Source: a virus
Taxonomy: Duplodnaviria; Caudoviricetes
Direction: 5' to 3' (one strand)
IMG/VR virus record: IMGVR_UViG_3300048858_000111
Coordinates: 1 to 56,145 of that record
Length of the DNA: 56,145 nt
A program made the translations under genes and the position numbers. The notes beneath the pieces were generated by a model. The model ran no database searches. It saw only the letters and a list, made by a program, of their open reading frames with translations, and was not told the DNA's origin. Shown piece by piece: positions 9,093-18,245 of the stretch; positions within the stretch are counted from its first letter, which is position 1; each line of letters begins with the position of its first letter.

Positions 9093-9474
9093 CGCCCTCG
9101 ACGGCACACTCGAGGTCGGCGACCTCGTGTGGCAGCAGATGTACGACCCGCAGCACCCCAGCTTCGACGCGACGCTCGCCGAGCGCATCGCCGCCGGCAA
9201 GACCTACGGTGACCGCCGCAAGATGCGACTCCTCGGCATCTGGCCTTACGACGGCGACCGGTGCAACTCGTGCCTGGGTTCCGGTCGAAGCATGGTCCGA
9301 GAGCGCGGCGTCTGCCAGCCCTGTGGCGGTGCTGGGAAGTTCCATCGCCCGCACGTCACCGTCCGGTGGCAGCTCGCCGAGGCGGGTCGTGAGGGTGACC
9401 ACAGCACCTATTCGTGGGTGGATGACGGCTGGTGCGTGCTCGAGCACGTGACCGATGAGGGAGCGCTGTTCTGA
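9088..9474 (+). CDS. Protein with two DnaJ-type CxxCxGxG motifs; homologue at 49583-49969
   Basis: CNSCLGSG and CQPCGGAG; 100/128 aa identical to the prophage 2 copy (hand alignment). Confidence 0.8.
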   Translation: MSALDGTLEVGDLVWQQMYDPQHPSFDATLAERIAAGKTYGDRRKMRLLGIWPYDGDRCNSCLGSGRSMVRERGVCQPCGGAGKFHRPHVTVRWQLAEAGREGDHSTYSWVDDGWCVLEHVTDEGALF

Positions 9475-9902
9475 TGGCTCGTTCAGAGGTGTCGCGGGCC
9501 ACCCGCACCAGAGTGCTCGAGCGCGACGGCTACCTGTGCCAGAAGTGCGGCCGCACCGTCGGCCTCGGCGCGAACATGCAGCACCGGCGAGCACGCGGCC
9601 GGGGTGGGCGCGGCAAGGAGGTGTCGGTGAACTTCCCGGAGAACCTGCTTTCCCTGTGCGGGTCTGGGACGACGGGATGTCACGGGTGGGTGACGGGGCA
9701 TCCGAAGGAGTCGGACGAGCAGGGGTGGTCGGTATCGACGAACGCGACGACGTACGGGCCCGAGGCGGTGCCGGTGCTTGGCCGGGATGAGTACGGGCGG
9801 GAGCAGTGGTACTGGCTCGAGGGCTTCGACCGGATGCCGGTGCTCGAGGAGACAGCAGTGATGCGCCTGGTGGCGCTCGGAATCAGGAAGGACGCATTAT
9901 GA
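9474..9902 (+). CDS. HNH endonuclease
   Basis: RDGYLCQKCG...QHRR...NLLSLCGSGTTGCHGW. Confidence 0.8.
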   Translation: MARSEVSRATRTRVLERDGYLCQKCGRTVGLGANMQHRRARGRGGRGKEVSVNFPENLLSLCGSGTTGCHGWVTGHPKESDEQGWSVSTNATTYGPEAVPVLGRDEYGREQWYWLEGFDRMPVLEETAVMRLVALGIRKDAL

Positions 9903-10324
9903 AGCGGCTCAACGAAATGAAGGTCGCGGTCGCGCTACTCGACGCAGCAGCAGCATCGGGCAGTGTGCTGGATGCAGTCTGGCCGGGCTACGTGAGCGAC
10001 ATCGCAGGCCACCTGGCGGATGCCCCGCACCTCTTCCGCGACGACCCAGTGCGACGCATCGCGCAGGTCATCATCGACGCGGCCAACATGGACGACCTCT
10101 ACGACGACGAGGACGAAGCGCTCAGCGTTGGTCCACGCGAGACGACATGGACGGATGCGCAGGCTGACGAGGTATGGGAGCTCGAGTTCGACGACGGAGC
10201 CATCCGCGCTTACATCTTCGATGGCTTCGCGTTCGTGGGGGAACTACGGCCAGGCGGCGGCAACAGCATCCCGGCGCAGCATCCGAGCATCGTCGCAGGT
10301 CGGCGAGTCTGGATGCCCCGATGA
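9899..10324 (+). CDS. Hypothetical protein
   Basis: GAAGGA RBS; coupled. Confidence 0.6.
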   Translation: MKRLNEMKVAVALLDAAAASGSVLDAVWPGYVSDIAGHLADAPHLFRDDPVRRIAQVIIDAANMDDLYDDEDEALSVGPRETTWTDAQADEVWELEFDDGAIRAYIFDGFAFVGELRPGGGNSIPAQHPSIVAGRRVWMPR

Positions 10325-11070
10325 GCCGGGCGGAGGGGTTTGCTCCGATCCCTACATGGATGATCCGAGACGCAGACATCAGCATCTACGCGCTGACCGT
10401 GTATGCCTCCCTGTCGTCGAGGTCGGGGCTCCGAGAGATCATCCCCGGCAGGGCCACGCTCGCCAGCGAGGCGCGGTGTTCGGTGAGGCAGGTGGCGCGT
10501 GCGCTGACTGAACTCGAAGAGCTCGGCGTCGTGCGCCGGGTGCGACGGAAGAGCGCTTCCGGCCGCGCATCGAACGGCTACACGTTGCACCCGAACGGGC
10601 TCATTCCGGTTGAGGACTCCCAGTCCTCTACTTCCGAGGTGGAGGACTCCGGCGACGCAGGTAAGGGACTCCAGCGACAGGGGTTTGGGACTGAGGCTGC
10701 ATCCGCTCCTCTATTAGGCAGAGATAGTGAGGCAGAGATAGATGAGGCAGCCCCGCGCAAGCGCGGCACCCGCATCTCGGACCCCTTCGTGGTGACTTCG
10801 TCGATGAGGGCATGGGCGGCAGAGCAGACGCCGCTGGTGAACGTCGACCGCTGCACGATGCGGTTCGTGAACTACTGGCGGGCGAAGTCGGGCAAGGACG
10901 CGACGAAGCTCGATTGGGAGCGGACGTGGCAGAACTGGCTGTTGAAGGACCAGGAGGACTCTGAGCGCCGACCGGGTGCGAAAAGCACGACGGTGGATCA
11001 CGGCCGGGAGGTCGACCGCATCCTGCGCGAAAAGCTCGGCGGCTCCGAGCAGCTGGCGGTGTCGGCGTGA
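10321..11070 (+). CDS. Replication initiator (N-terminal wHTH)
   Basis: FAPIPTW...PGRATLA...SVRQVARALTELEELG; C-terminal FVNYW...KLDWERTWQNW; upstream of loader and DnaB. Confidence 0.8.
   Translation: MSRAEGFAPIPTWMIRDADISIYALTVYASLSSRSGLREIIPGRATLASEARCSVRQVARALTELEELGVVRRVRRKSASGRASNGYTLHPNGLIPVEDSQSSTSEVEDSGDAGKGLQRQGFGTEAASAPLLGRDSEAEIDEAAPRKRGTRISDPFVVTSSMRAWAAEQTPLVNVDRCTMRFVNYWRAKSGKDATKLDWERTWQNWLLKDQEDSERRPGAKSTTVDHGREVDRILREKLGGSEQLAVSA
10612..10750. repeat. Probable replication origin inside rep
   Basis: GAGGACT-ccc-AGTCCTC palindrome, three GGACTCC copies, then AT-richer AGGCAGAGATAG x2. Confidence 0.55.
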
Positions 11071-11456
11071 ACGCGGCCGAGGTGAACGTCTTTATCACCA
11101 GGGCAGCGCTGCTCGACCCTCGCATGAAGCGGGTCGATCCGAACGAGCAGGCCGACATGGTGATCGCCTGGGCCGACGTGCTCGACGATGTCCCACTCGA
11201 CGTCGCCCTTGACGCGCTCCGCCAGCACTACCGCAGCTCGTCCGACTCCATCACGCCGGGCCGTGTGGTGGAACTCGCGAACGTCGCGGCGGCACCGGTG
11301 CTGCCCGACATCACCGAGGAGATCATCGCCGAGGACATGCAGAAGCAACTCGTCGCCGCGGGCGTCACCGAGGCCGAGTGGCGCACGCACGGCCACGATC
11401 TCGCGTGGGTCGCCGCCCACTTCGATCTCAACGTGCTGGAGGCCGCAGATGACTGA
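11067..11456 (+). CDS. Putative helicase loader/inhibitor
   Basis: AWADVLDDVP.DVA.DALRQHY; between rep and dnaB. Confidence 0.65.
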   Translation: MNAAEVNVFITRAALLDPRMKRVDPNEQADMVIAWADVLDDVPLDVALDALRQHYRSSSDSITPGRVVELANVAAAPVLPDITEEIIAEDMQKQLVAAGVTEAEWRTHGHDLAWVAAHFDLNVLEAADD

Positions 11457-12813
11457 CTACATCCCCACCGACGCCGACGCCCCTGCCGAGGACGGCGGCA
11501 ACCCGGAGATGCCCCACGACCTCAACGCCGAACGGTACGTGGTCGGCTCCATGCTCCTCGACCCGACGATCGTCGACGACGTCCTCGACGAGATGGTCGT
11601 CGCTGATCTGTTCCACCCGCACCACGAGATCATCGCCGAGTCCATCCTCCGTCTCGCCTCGGCCGGGCAGCCGACCGGGCCGATCGCGGTGAATGACGAC
11701 CTCACGAAGCACGGCAAGCTGCAGCAGGCCGGCGGCCCCACGAAGGTGTTCGAGCTCGAGGGGTACCCGTCGACGGCCGCGAACGCGGGCTACTACGCCC
11801 GCATCGTCCACACCAACGCTGTGCGGCGCCGCACCATCGAGGGCGCCACCCGGATGCTCGCCGCGGCGAGGGCGGGTGACCGTGACGTGTCCGAGATCGT
11901 GGACGCCGCCCGCCGTGAGGTCGACGACATCCAGACCGGGCGCCGGAAGCACCTCGGGATGATCTGGGAGGGCATCGACGAGCTCTTCGAGGAGCTGCAG
12001 TCGAAGCCGGTGTATCTCCCGACGCCGTGGGAGTCCATCAACCGCATCATCGGCGGCTGGCTGCCCGGCGCGTTCTACGTGGTCGCCGCGCGGCCGGCGT
12101 CGGGGAAAACGATGGCGGTGCTGCAGGCGGCCATGAAGCTGGCGCACACCGGCGTGGTGGCGTTCTCGTCGATCGAGATGGGCAAGAAGGAGCTACAGAA
12201 GCGACTCATCGCGAACTACGGCGACATCAACCAGACCATCATCCGCGACCACGCCCTCGACAAGAGCGACTGGGACAACGCCGCACGCGCCCGCGCCCGA
12301 GTCGTCGGGGCCCCGGTGTGGATCGACACCAGGGGAGTGGTGACCGTCGCCGACATCCGCGCCCACGCCCGCGCGGTGGCCCGCACAGGGAAGCTCGCGG
12401 CGATCGTCGTCGACTACCTCCAGCTCGTGAAGGGCGAGGGGCAGGACCGCCGCCTCGAGGTCGATGGTGTGTCGAGGGCGTTGAAGCAGCTCGCGAAGGA
12501 ACTGAACGTGCCCGTCATCGCGGCCGCGCAGCTGAAGCGGGCGCAGCCGCAGCGGGGGAAGCAGCGCACCCTGCCGACCCTGAACGATCTTCGCGAGTCC
12601 GGTGGCATCGAGCAGGACGCTGACGTCGTGATGCTGCTCGAGCGCGGCGTCGAGGACCAGGCGAGGCAGCTGACCGTGGTGGTCGCGAAGAACCGCCAGG
12701 GCGAAGACAAGCAGGTGACGTTGCGGTGGGAGGGCGAGTTCGCTCGCATCCTCGATCGCCGTTGGTCACCGACCGCATTGATCGAAGAGAACGAACTGAG
12801 GAGGCAGCAATGA
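11449..12813 (+). CDS. dnaB: DnaB-like replicative helicase
   Basis: AARPASGKT, IVVDYLQL, LKQLAKELNVPVI, DLRESGGIEQDADVV, KNRQG. Confidence 0.95.
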   Translation: MTDYIPTDADAPAEDGGNPEMPHDLNAERYVVGSMLLDPTIVDDVLDEMVVADLFHPHHEIIAESILRLASAGQPTGPIAVNDDLTKHGKLQQAGGPTKVFELEGYPSTAANAGYYARIVHTNAVRRRTIEGATRMLAAARAGDRDVSEIVDAARREVDDIQTGRRKHLGMIWEGIDELFEELQSKPVYLPTPWESINRIIGGWLPGAFYVVAARPASGKTMAVLQAAMKLAHTGVVAFSSIEMGKKELQKRLIANYGDINQTIIRDHALDKSDWDNAARARARVVGAPVWIDTRGVVTVADIRAHARAVARTGKLAAIVVDYLQLVKGEGQDRRLEVDGVSRALKQLAKELNVPVIAAAQLKRAQPQRGKQRTLPTLNDLRESGGIEQDADVVMLLERGVEDQARQLTVVVAKNRQGEDKQVTLRWEGEFARILDRRWSPTALIEENELRRQQ

Positions 12814-13061
12814 CCGCATGGACCCTGACGGAGCCGGCTGAGCGTCTGGTGGCGCGGGTCGAGGTGAACGACGAGTGCCGCGTGGATGTGCGGCTTGGGA
12901 AGAAGACGGTGTCGTTCTCGCCGGAGCAGGCGCACGAGTTCGGCACCGCGATCCTCGCGGCTGGGCTTGACGCGAAGATGACGCTCGACCAGATGCTCCG
13001 CGACCGCGCCGAGCGCCTGCTCGAGCCGACGGCGATGGACTGGGACGGGGTCGACCGATGA
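12810..13061 (+). CDS. Hypothetical protein
   Basis: GAGGAGG RBS; coupled. Confidence 0.65.
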   Translation: MTAWTLTEPAERLVARVEVNDECRVDVRLGKKTVSFSPEQAHEFGTAILAAGLDAKMTLDQMLRDRAERLLEPTAMDWDGVDR

Positions 13062-13276
13062 GCGCCGGCCCCATCAAGCAGTGGCGCGAAGGCCACAAGG
13101 TCGCCAGCACCTCCACCGCGGCGAAGGACCGGGTGTGCTTCATGAAGCTCGGCGCCGGCCGGGCGTACTGCGGCCGCCGCCCACAGGTCAGCGTCGACGA
13201 CTGGAAGCGCGTCACCTGCGCAGATTGCGGTGCCGCGTATCGCGCCGACATCGAAGCTCAGGCGGTGGAGTCGTGA
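13058..13276 (+). CDS. Small Cys-containing hypothetical protein
   Basis: YCG...VTCADC; coupled. Confidence 0.6.
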   Translation: MSAGPIKQWREGHKVASTSTAAKDRVCFMKLGAGRAYCGRRPQVSVDDWKRVTCADCGAAYRADIEAQAVES

Positions 13277-13482
13277 TCGGCAACCTGAGCGCGGCGGGCC
13301 TTCCGCCAAAGCTGAGCAGACCTGACCGTAGACCAGACGCCCATGACGGCGATGACCGCGTACAGCAGGGTGCGCCACTCGAGGCCCTGGCTGGCGACCA
13401 CGAAGGCTCCGATCACGACGATCGCGACCGTGAGCACGCCGAAGAAGATGGCCATCGCGAGGTGCCACCACATCTTCCGCAT
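13258..13482 (-). CDS. Antisense two-TM membrane protein (moron)
   Basis: MRKMWWHLAMAIFFGVLTVAIVVIGAFVV...LLYAVIAVMGVW; -10 TAGCGT 7 nt before ATG. Confidence 0.6.
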   Translation of the reverse strand: MRKMWWHLAMAIFFGVLTVAIVVIGAFVVASQGLEWRTLLYAVIAVMGVWSTVRSAQLWRKARRAQVADHDSTA

Positions 13483-13533
13483 GCAGCCGACGCTACCCCC
13501 ACCCTCACGTTCGACCACTACCGGGAGCAGTTC

Positions 13534-14562
13534 ATGGCACAAGGCATCCCCGAAGACACCGCGGAGATCTTCGCCACCGAAATGGCGACAGGAGGGCTCA
13601 GGAAGCCGCGGACCACACGAACCCTCACGGACGACGAGATCGCCGCTGAGATCGCACGCCGTACAGCGCTCACGTGCAATCGCTCCGGACGGCACGGCTG
13701 CACCCTGCACGCCGGCCACGACGGCGACTGCATCCTGCTCTGTGCCGCGCACCCGTTCCGCATGGCAGCGCTTCAGCCCGCCGATGGCGACGCGTGCGAC
13801 ATCGAGCCCGTGCTCGCCCGGTACGGGCACCTCTGCGGCCCCTGCTACGGCCGAGCCCGCAACAACCTGCACCAGGCCCCGCAGCTGCTCGCCCACATCC
13901 GCGGCCAGGTCGTCCCCGCCATGGAGTCCGCTCGCGGCCCCCGAGTGTCAGGCACGAAGGACGCACCCATCCCGCTGCGCGCCGACCCGCTGCACGACGC
14001 CGACGACCTCTACGCGCAGATCGTGAACTGGGTGGTGTCATTCGCCCGCGAGACCGGCACCCGACCCCCGGCGGCCGCGGTCGCGTTCCTCCGCCAGCAG
14101 GCCGACGCCGTGCGGCTCCCATCGTGGGCGCGAGACGGGGCTTCGGCATACACGCTGGCCGAGGATCTCGTGCGCTGGTACGAGCAGCACGAGCTCACCA
14201 TCGTCACCGCCCTCCACCCGCTCACCGTGCGCTCCTGGTGCGACGACATCGGCGCCATCATCGGCGCGTACCGGTCCAGGTACCCGCAGGCCGAGAAGCG
14301 ACCCCGACAGGCTGCAGCGCGCGAGTGCCCGGTGTGTGGCGAGCACACCGTGCGTGCCGAGTTCTACGCCGCCGGGGTGCAGGTCGAATGCTCCCACTGC
14401 GGTCACGTCGTCCCCGAGGCCGAGCACGACCGCTTCGTCGACTGGGCCGAGACGACGTCGGCGCCCCGTGCGCTGTCGCTGCAGTGCGACCGTGGCCGCC
14501 ACCACCTGTGCGGGTGGGTCGACTGCCCCTGCAGCTGCCACACCGGGAGCGTGGCGGCGTGA
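13534..14562 (+). CDS. Multi-zinc-finger protein (may start at GTG 13273)
   Basis: LCGPC, CPVCG..CSHCG, C-terminal C..C.C.CH. Confidence 0.7.
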   Translation: MAQGIPEDTAEIFATEMATGGLRKPRTTRTLTDDEIAAEIARRTALTCNRSGRHGCTLHAGHDGDCILLCAAHPFRMAALQPADGDACDIEPVLARYGHLCGPCYGRARNNLHQAPQLLAHIRGQVVPAMESARGPRVSGTKDAPIPLRADPLHDADDLYAQIVNWVVSFARETGTRPPAAAVAFLRQQADAVRLPSWARDGASAYTLAEDLVRWYEQHELTIVTALHPLTVRSWCDDIGAIIGAYRSRYPQAEKRPRQAAARECPVCGEHTVRAEFYAAGVQVECSHCGHVVPEAEHDRFVDWAETTSAPRALSLQCDRGRHHLCGWVDCPCSCHTGSVAA

Positions 14563-14567
14563 TCCAG

Positions 14568-14744
14568 CTACTTCGCGCGCTTGGCCGCGGCGACAGCCTT
14601 ATCCCGGATGTAGGTCGAGACGGGAGTGTCCGCCGCTGCCTTCTCGATCAGCGCGAGCTCGGCGGGGGAGAGCCGCAGGTTGATGTTCTCGGTGCGGGCA
14701 TTGCCGGTCGAGGGTCGCCCTCGGGGTCGCTTCTCGTCGGTCAT
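14568..14744 (-). CDS. Ribbon-helix-helix DNA-binding protein with RGRP motif
   Basis: RPRGRPSTG..TENINLRLSPAELALIEKAA...VSTYIRD. Confidence 0.75.
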   Translation of the reverse strand: MTDEKRPRGRPSTGNARTENINLRLSPAELALIEKAAADTPVSTYIRDKAVAAAKRAK

Positions 14745-14810
14745 GAATCCAACTATATCGTAAAGCAGAAAATAGTAGACAAGGTGCATTTAGTGCTTTA
14801 CGGTAAATAC
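14745..14810. promoter_or_regulatory. AT-rich divergent promoters with inverted-repeat operator
   Basis: TAGACA-17-TACGGT-6-ATG on +; TATAGT-7-ATG on -; CGTAAAGCA (14759-14767) / TGCTTTACG (14794-14802). Confidence 0.7.
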
Positions 14811-15092
14811 ATGACCTCCTCCACTCAGACCCCCGCCCGCGCCAAGCTCGCAGCCGCCACCGACCGCCTCCCGCTCGACAAGGCCATCGCCGGGCTCGTG
14901 CACCTGAACACTCTGCCGACGACGCCGGAGCGCGTCATCACCCGAGTCGCGCTGATCGAATCCATCGAGCGCCGTTTCCCCGCGGTCAAGGCCTGGGTCG
15001 AAGCCTTCTATGACGTCGAGCTGGATCACGCGAACTGGGACATCGACACGGTCGACGCCATCCTCCTGGCCGTCGACGAGCTGGGCCTCTGA
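14811..15092 (+). CDS. Hypothetical protein (leaderless)
   Basis: ATG directly after promoter; TGATG coupling to next gene. Confidence 0.7.
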   Translation: MTSSTQTPARAKLAAATDRLPLDKAIAGLVHLNTLPTTPERVITRVALIESIERRFPAVKAWVEAFYDVELDHANWDIDTVDAILLAVDELGL

Positions 15093-15340
15093 TGGCCGAG
15101 ACACAGAACCTCACCGCATTCGATGCGCTCGAAGCCGAGTACGAGCGCTCCCTTGCCGCCTACAAGACCGCTCAGGCGGTGATGGATGCTGCCGGTGCCG
15201 CGATGATGGCGGCGCAGTGCCGCACCCACTTCGCGACGACTCCCGCCGAGGAGCCCGGCTACAGCACCCGCCTCCACTGCACCCTCGCGAAGGGGCACGA
15301 GGGCGCCCACACGAACCCGGCCCACAGCCGAGCAGCCTGA
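15092..15340 (+). CDS. Hypothetical protein with CTLxxGHxG motif
   Basis: CTLAKGHEGAH; similar CTLHAGHDG in the 13534 protein. Confidence 0.6.
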   Translation: MAETQNLTAFDALEAEYERSLAAYKTAQAVMDAAGAAMMAAQCRTHFATTPAEEPGYSTRLHCTLAKGHEGAHTNPAHSRAA

Positions 15341-15351
15341 GGAGGCACACC

Positions 15352-17013
15352 ATGCCCGAACAACTGATTCACCTATCCGACGACGTCGCGCTCCCGCTCG
15401 ACATCGTCACCGAGTCCAACGCCATCCTCGGCAAGAAGGGGTCGGGCAAGACCTCCGCCGCGATCGTGCTGCTCGAGGAGATGTTCCGCGCCGGCGTTCC
15501 CGTCGTGAGCATCGACCCGAAGGGCGACCACTACGGCATCCGCTCATCCGCCGACGGCACCGCCGAAGGTCTGCCGATCCCGGTGTTCGGTGGCCTCCAC
15601 GGCGACATCCCGCTCGAGCCCACCGCTGGCGCTGTCATCGCCGACCTCGTGCTCGAGCGGCGCCTGTCCTGTGTCCTCGACGTGAGCGAGTTCTCCCGCG
15701 CCGACGTCCGCCGGTTCCTCCTGGCGTTCGGCGATCGCCTGTACCGGAAGGCGAAGCGGGAGCCGATGCACCTGTTCCTCGAGGAGTGCCACGAGTACCT
15801 GCCGCAGCAGGTCCGTGCCGAGGATGCGCAGCTCGTCGGGGCGTGGCAGAGGGTGGTGAAGATGGGTCGCTTCAAGGGTGTCGGTGTCACCCTCCTCAGC
15901 CAGCGTTCTGCCGCCGTGAACAAGGACGTGCTCGAGCAGGTCGACAACCTCTTCGTGATGCGCACGACCGGGCCCCGGGACCGTGACGCGATCAAGGGGT
16001 GGATCGAGACCCACGCGGACGCGAAGGGCATTCTCGCGTCGCTGCCGACTATGGCGTCGGGGGAGTGCTGGTTGTGGCAGCCGGGCCGCGGCGAGCCGGT
16101 CAACTTCCGGTTCCGGATGCGCGACACCTACGATGCCGGGTCGACGCCGAAAATCGGGGAGAAGCCGAGGCCGCCGGCCACGCTCGCCGACGTCGACTTG
16201 TCCGCGATCAGCACGGCGATGGCCGACACGATCGAGAAAGCGAAGGCTGATGACCCGAAGGAACTCCGAGCCCGGGTAACGAAGCTCGAGGCGGAGTTGC
16301 AGGCCGCTCGCCGTGTCGCCGCGCCGGCTCCGGTGGTAGTTGAGAAGGAGGTGATCGTCGAGCGGAACGTCGGTGGCCTCACTCGGAAGCAGAAGGCCGC
16401 CTGGGACTCTCTCACGCGCACCGTCGCCGCCTTCTCCGCCGCCTTGGAGGGGACGAGCCCGGCCGAGACGTCGGCACCCGGCCCTGACCGCTCGGCGCCC
16501 GCTCCGGCGCCAGTCACGGAGCGGCCCCGGCCCGCGCCATCGGGTCTGTCGAAGGCGCAGCGGGCGATCCTCACCGTCCTCGCTCAGCGCGGCACCCAAA
16601 CTGCGCAGCAGGTCGCCACCCTCAGCGGTTACTCCGCGAAGGGCGGCGGCTTCAGCAACGCCCTCTCCGGACTCCGCACTGGCGGGTTCATCACCGGCGG
16701 CCGCACCGACCTCGCTGCCACCCCCGAGGGGCTGAGCGCGCTCGGTGCGTTCGAGTCGCTGCCCACCGGCCAAGACCTCGTCGCGTACTGGTTGGGCCGC
16801 TCATCGAAGGCAGAAGCTCTGATCCTCGAGCAGCTCATCGCGGCCTGGCCGAACACGCTCACCCGTGACGAGATCGCTGAGCGCACCGGCTACGCGGCGA
16901 ACGGAGGCGGCTTCAACAACTCGCTCTCCCGCCTCCGCACCCTCCAGCTGATCAGCGGCGGCCGCGACGGCATGCGGGTCGACGACGAGCTCGGAACGGC
17001 AGGGGCCGAGTGA
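15352..17013 (+). CDS. HerA/FtsK-superfamily ATPase with two C-terminal wHTH repeats
   Basis: GKKGSGKT, IDPKGD, LFLEECH, GRFKGVGVTLLSQR; duplicated SKA..IL..L...GY...GGGF.N.LS.LRT; GAGGAGG RBS. Confidence 0.82.
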   Translation: MPEQLIHLSDDVALPLDIVTESNAILGKKGSGKTSAAIVLLEEMFRAGVPVVSIDPKGDHYGIRSSADGTAEGLPIPVFGGLHGDIPLEPTAGAVIADLVLERRLSCVLDVSEFSRADVRRFLLAFGDRLYRKAKREPMHLFLEECHEYLPQQVRAEDAQLVGAWQRVVKMGRFKGVGVTLLSQRSAAVNKDVLEQVDNLFVMRTTGPRDRDAIKGWIETHADAKGILASLPTMASGECWLWQPGRGEPVNFRFRMRDTYDAGSTPKIGEKPRPPATLADVDLSAISTAMADTIEKAKADDPKELRARVTKLEAELQAARRVAAPAPVVVEKEVIVERNVGGLTRKQKAAWDSLTRTVAAFSAALEGTSPAETSAPGPDRSAPAPAPVTERPRPAPSGLSKAQRAILTVLAQRGTQTAQQVATLSGYSAKGGGFSNALSGLRTGGFITGGRTDLAATPEGLSALGAFESLPTGQDLVAYWLGRSSKAEALILEQLIAAWPNTLTRDEIAERTGYAANGGGFNNSLSRLRTLQLISGGRDGMRVDDELGTAGAE

Positions 17014-17381
17014 TGCCGAAGCGCATTCAGATGTCACGACAGCACCCGTGGCGGGCTGAGAACCCCGACGCCGTGATCGTGGCCCGGCCATCGAAGTGGG
17101 GCAACCCAATCCTGCTCTCAGACGTCGGCAGCCAATACCCGAGTCTCGACGACGCGCGCATCGCGACCCTCGTCGTCCGAGACTTCGAGGCGCTCGCACG
17201 CCGCGGACACCTCTCGTTCCCGAACTGGCGCTTCCTCGGCGGCGAGCGTGGACGGGTCGCTTGGACCTACCCCGGCCTCGACGAGATCCGCGACGAGCTC
17301 GGTGGCCACGACCTCGCATGCTGGTGCAGCCTCGACATGCCCTGCCACGCTGACCCGCTCCTCAAGCTTGCGAACAGCTGA
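17010..17381 (+). CDS. DUF4326-family protein
   Basis: VARPSKWGNP...ELGGHDLACWC....CHAD.L. Confidence 0.8.
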   Translation: MMPKRIQMSRQHPWRAENPDAVIVARPSKWGNPILLSDVGSQYPSLDDARIATLVVRDFEALARRGHLSFPNWRFLGGERGRVAWTYPGLDEIRDELGGHDLACWCSLDMPCHADPLLKLANS

Positions 17382-17620
17382 TGGCCGCGCGCTGTGTGAA
17401 CATCGACGGTGTCCTCCTCCGAGTCACCGACAACTTCGACGCCAGCGAGGGTTCGGAAGACATGGCCAACGCCCGCGAACTCGTCGCCTACATGCGCGAG
17501 GGCATCAAGAACCTCCCACCACGCCCCTGTTTCGCTCGACGCTGCGGCCGGGACGAGTGGCACGTGCACGGGACGGAGTGCAGCACCAGCTGCCGGTGCG
17601 GGCAGGGAGAGCTCCAGTGA
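17381..17620 (+). CDS. Hypothetical Cys/His-rich protein
   Basis: Coupled ORF. Confidence 0.55.
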   Translation: MAARCVNIDGVLLRVTDNFDASEGSEDMANARELVAYMREGIKNLPPRPCFARRCGRDEWHVHGTECSTSCRCGQGELQ

Positions 17621-17865
17621 CCGCACCAATCGGCGCCGTCGTCGGCCTCTACATCGACACCACAGCCCGCGTCCTGCCCGACCAGTACATCCGAACCGAC
17701 AGCGGCCGCACCTACCAGGTGCTCACCGTCCGCACCCAGCAGCGAGGCAAGCACGCCGGCACCCGCCAGCACCTCCGCGTGCTCGTCGTCCCAGAGAGCA
17801 CCCCCGCCGAAGGCGACGTGGTGGTCCCGATCCGCTGGTACCCCCGGAACAAGAGGGCGCGCTGA
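17617..17865 (+). CDS. Hypothetical protein
   Basis: GGGAG RBS; GTGA coupling. Confidence 0.6.
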   Translation: MTAPIGAVVGLYIDTTARVLPDQYIRTDSGRTYQVLTVRTQQRGKHAGTRQHLRVLVVPESTPAEGDVVVPIRWYPRNKRAR

Positions 17866-18245
17866 TGCAGCCCACCCTCTTCGACCTCGACGACGACCGG
17901 CCGGCCCGAGTCGCGCTCGAGTACGCACAGATGCCCGCCCGCACCCCGTTCTCGCGCACGCCCGTGAGCGCCGACCTCGCCCGGGAGAGTGGAACGACGT
18001 CGTGGGTGCGCGCCGGGCAACGCGTAGACGCGGGCCGACAGCTCGTGCACGGCCTCACCCTCGACCCGCCCACCGTCACCTGCGACGGATGCGGCCACAC
18101 CGCAACCGCCCCGAGCCGCGGCGTCCCGTTCAACGTCGTCATCCTCACCTGCGGCATCGTCTTCAACCCGCACACCTACGGCCGCGGCGACGACCGGCGC
18201 CTCTGCCGCAACTGCCGACGCACCGAGTGGGGACACACCGCCTGA
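17865..18245 (+). CDS. Zinc-binding hypothetical protein, N-terminal QPTLF
   Basis: CDGC..., LCRNC; coupled. Confidence 0.6.
   Translation: MQPTLFDLDDDRPARVALEYAQMPARTPFSRTPVSADLARESGTTSWVRAGQRVDAGRQLVHGLTLDPPTVTCDGCGHTATAPSRGVPFNVVILTCGIVFNPHTYGRGDDRRLCRNCRRTEWGHTA

Noticed and set aside
15010-15351. Long N-terminal extensions in the ORF track (HerA from 15010, DnaB from 11188, TerL from 50491, capsid from 28777, tail gene from 37254)
   Set aside because: They overlap upstream genes; downstream starts with RBS or stop-start coupling fit better
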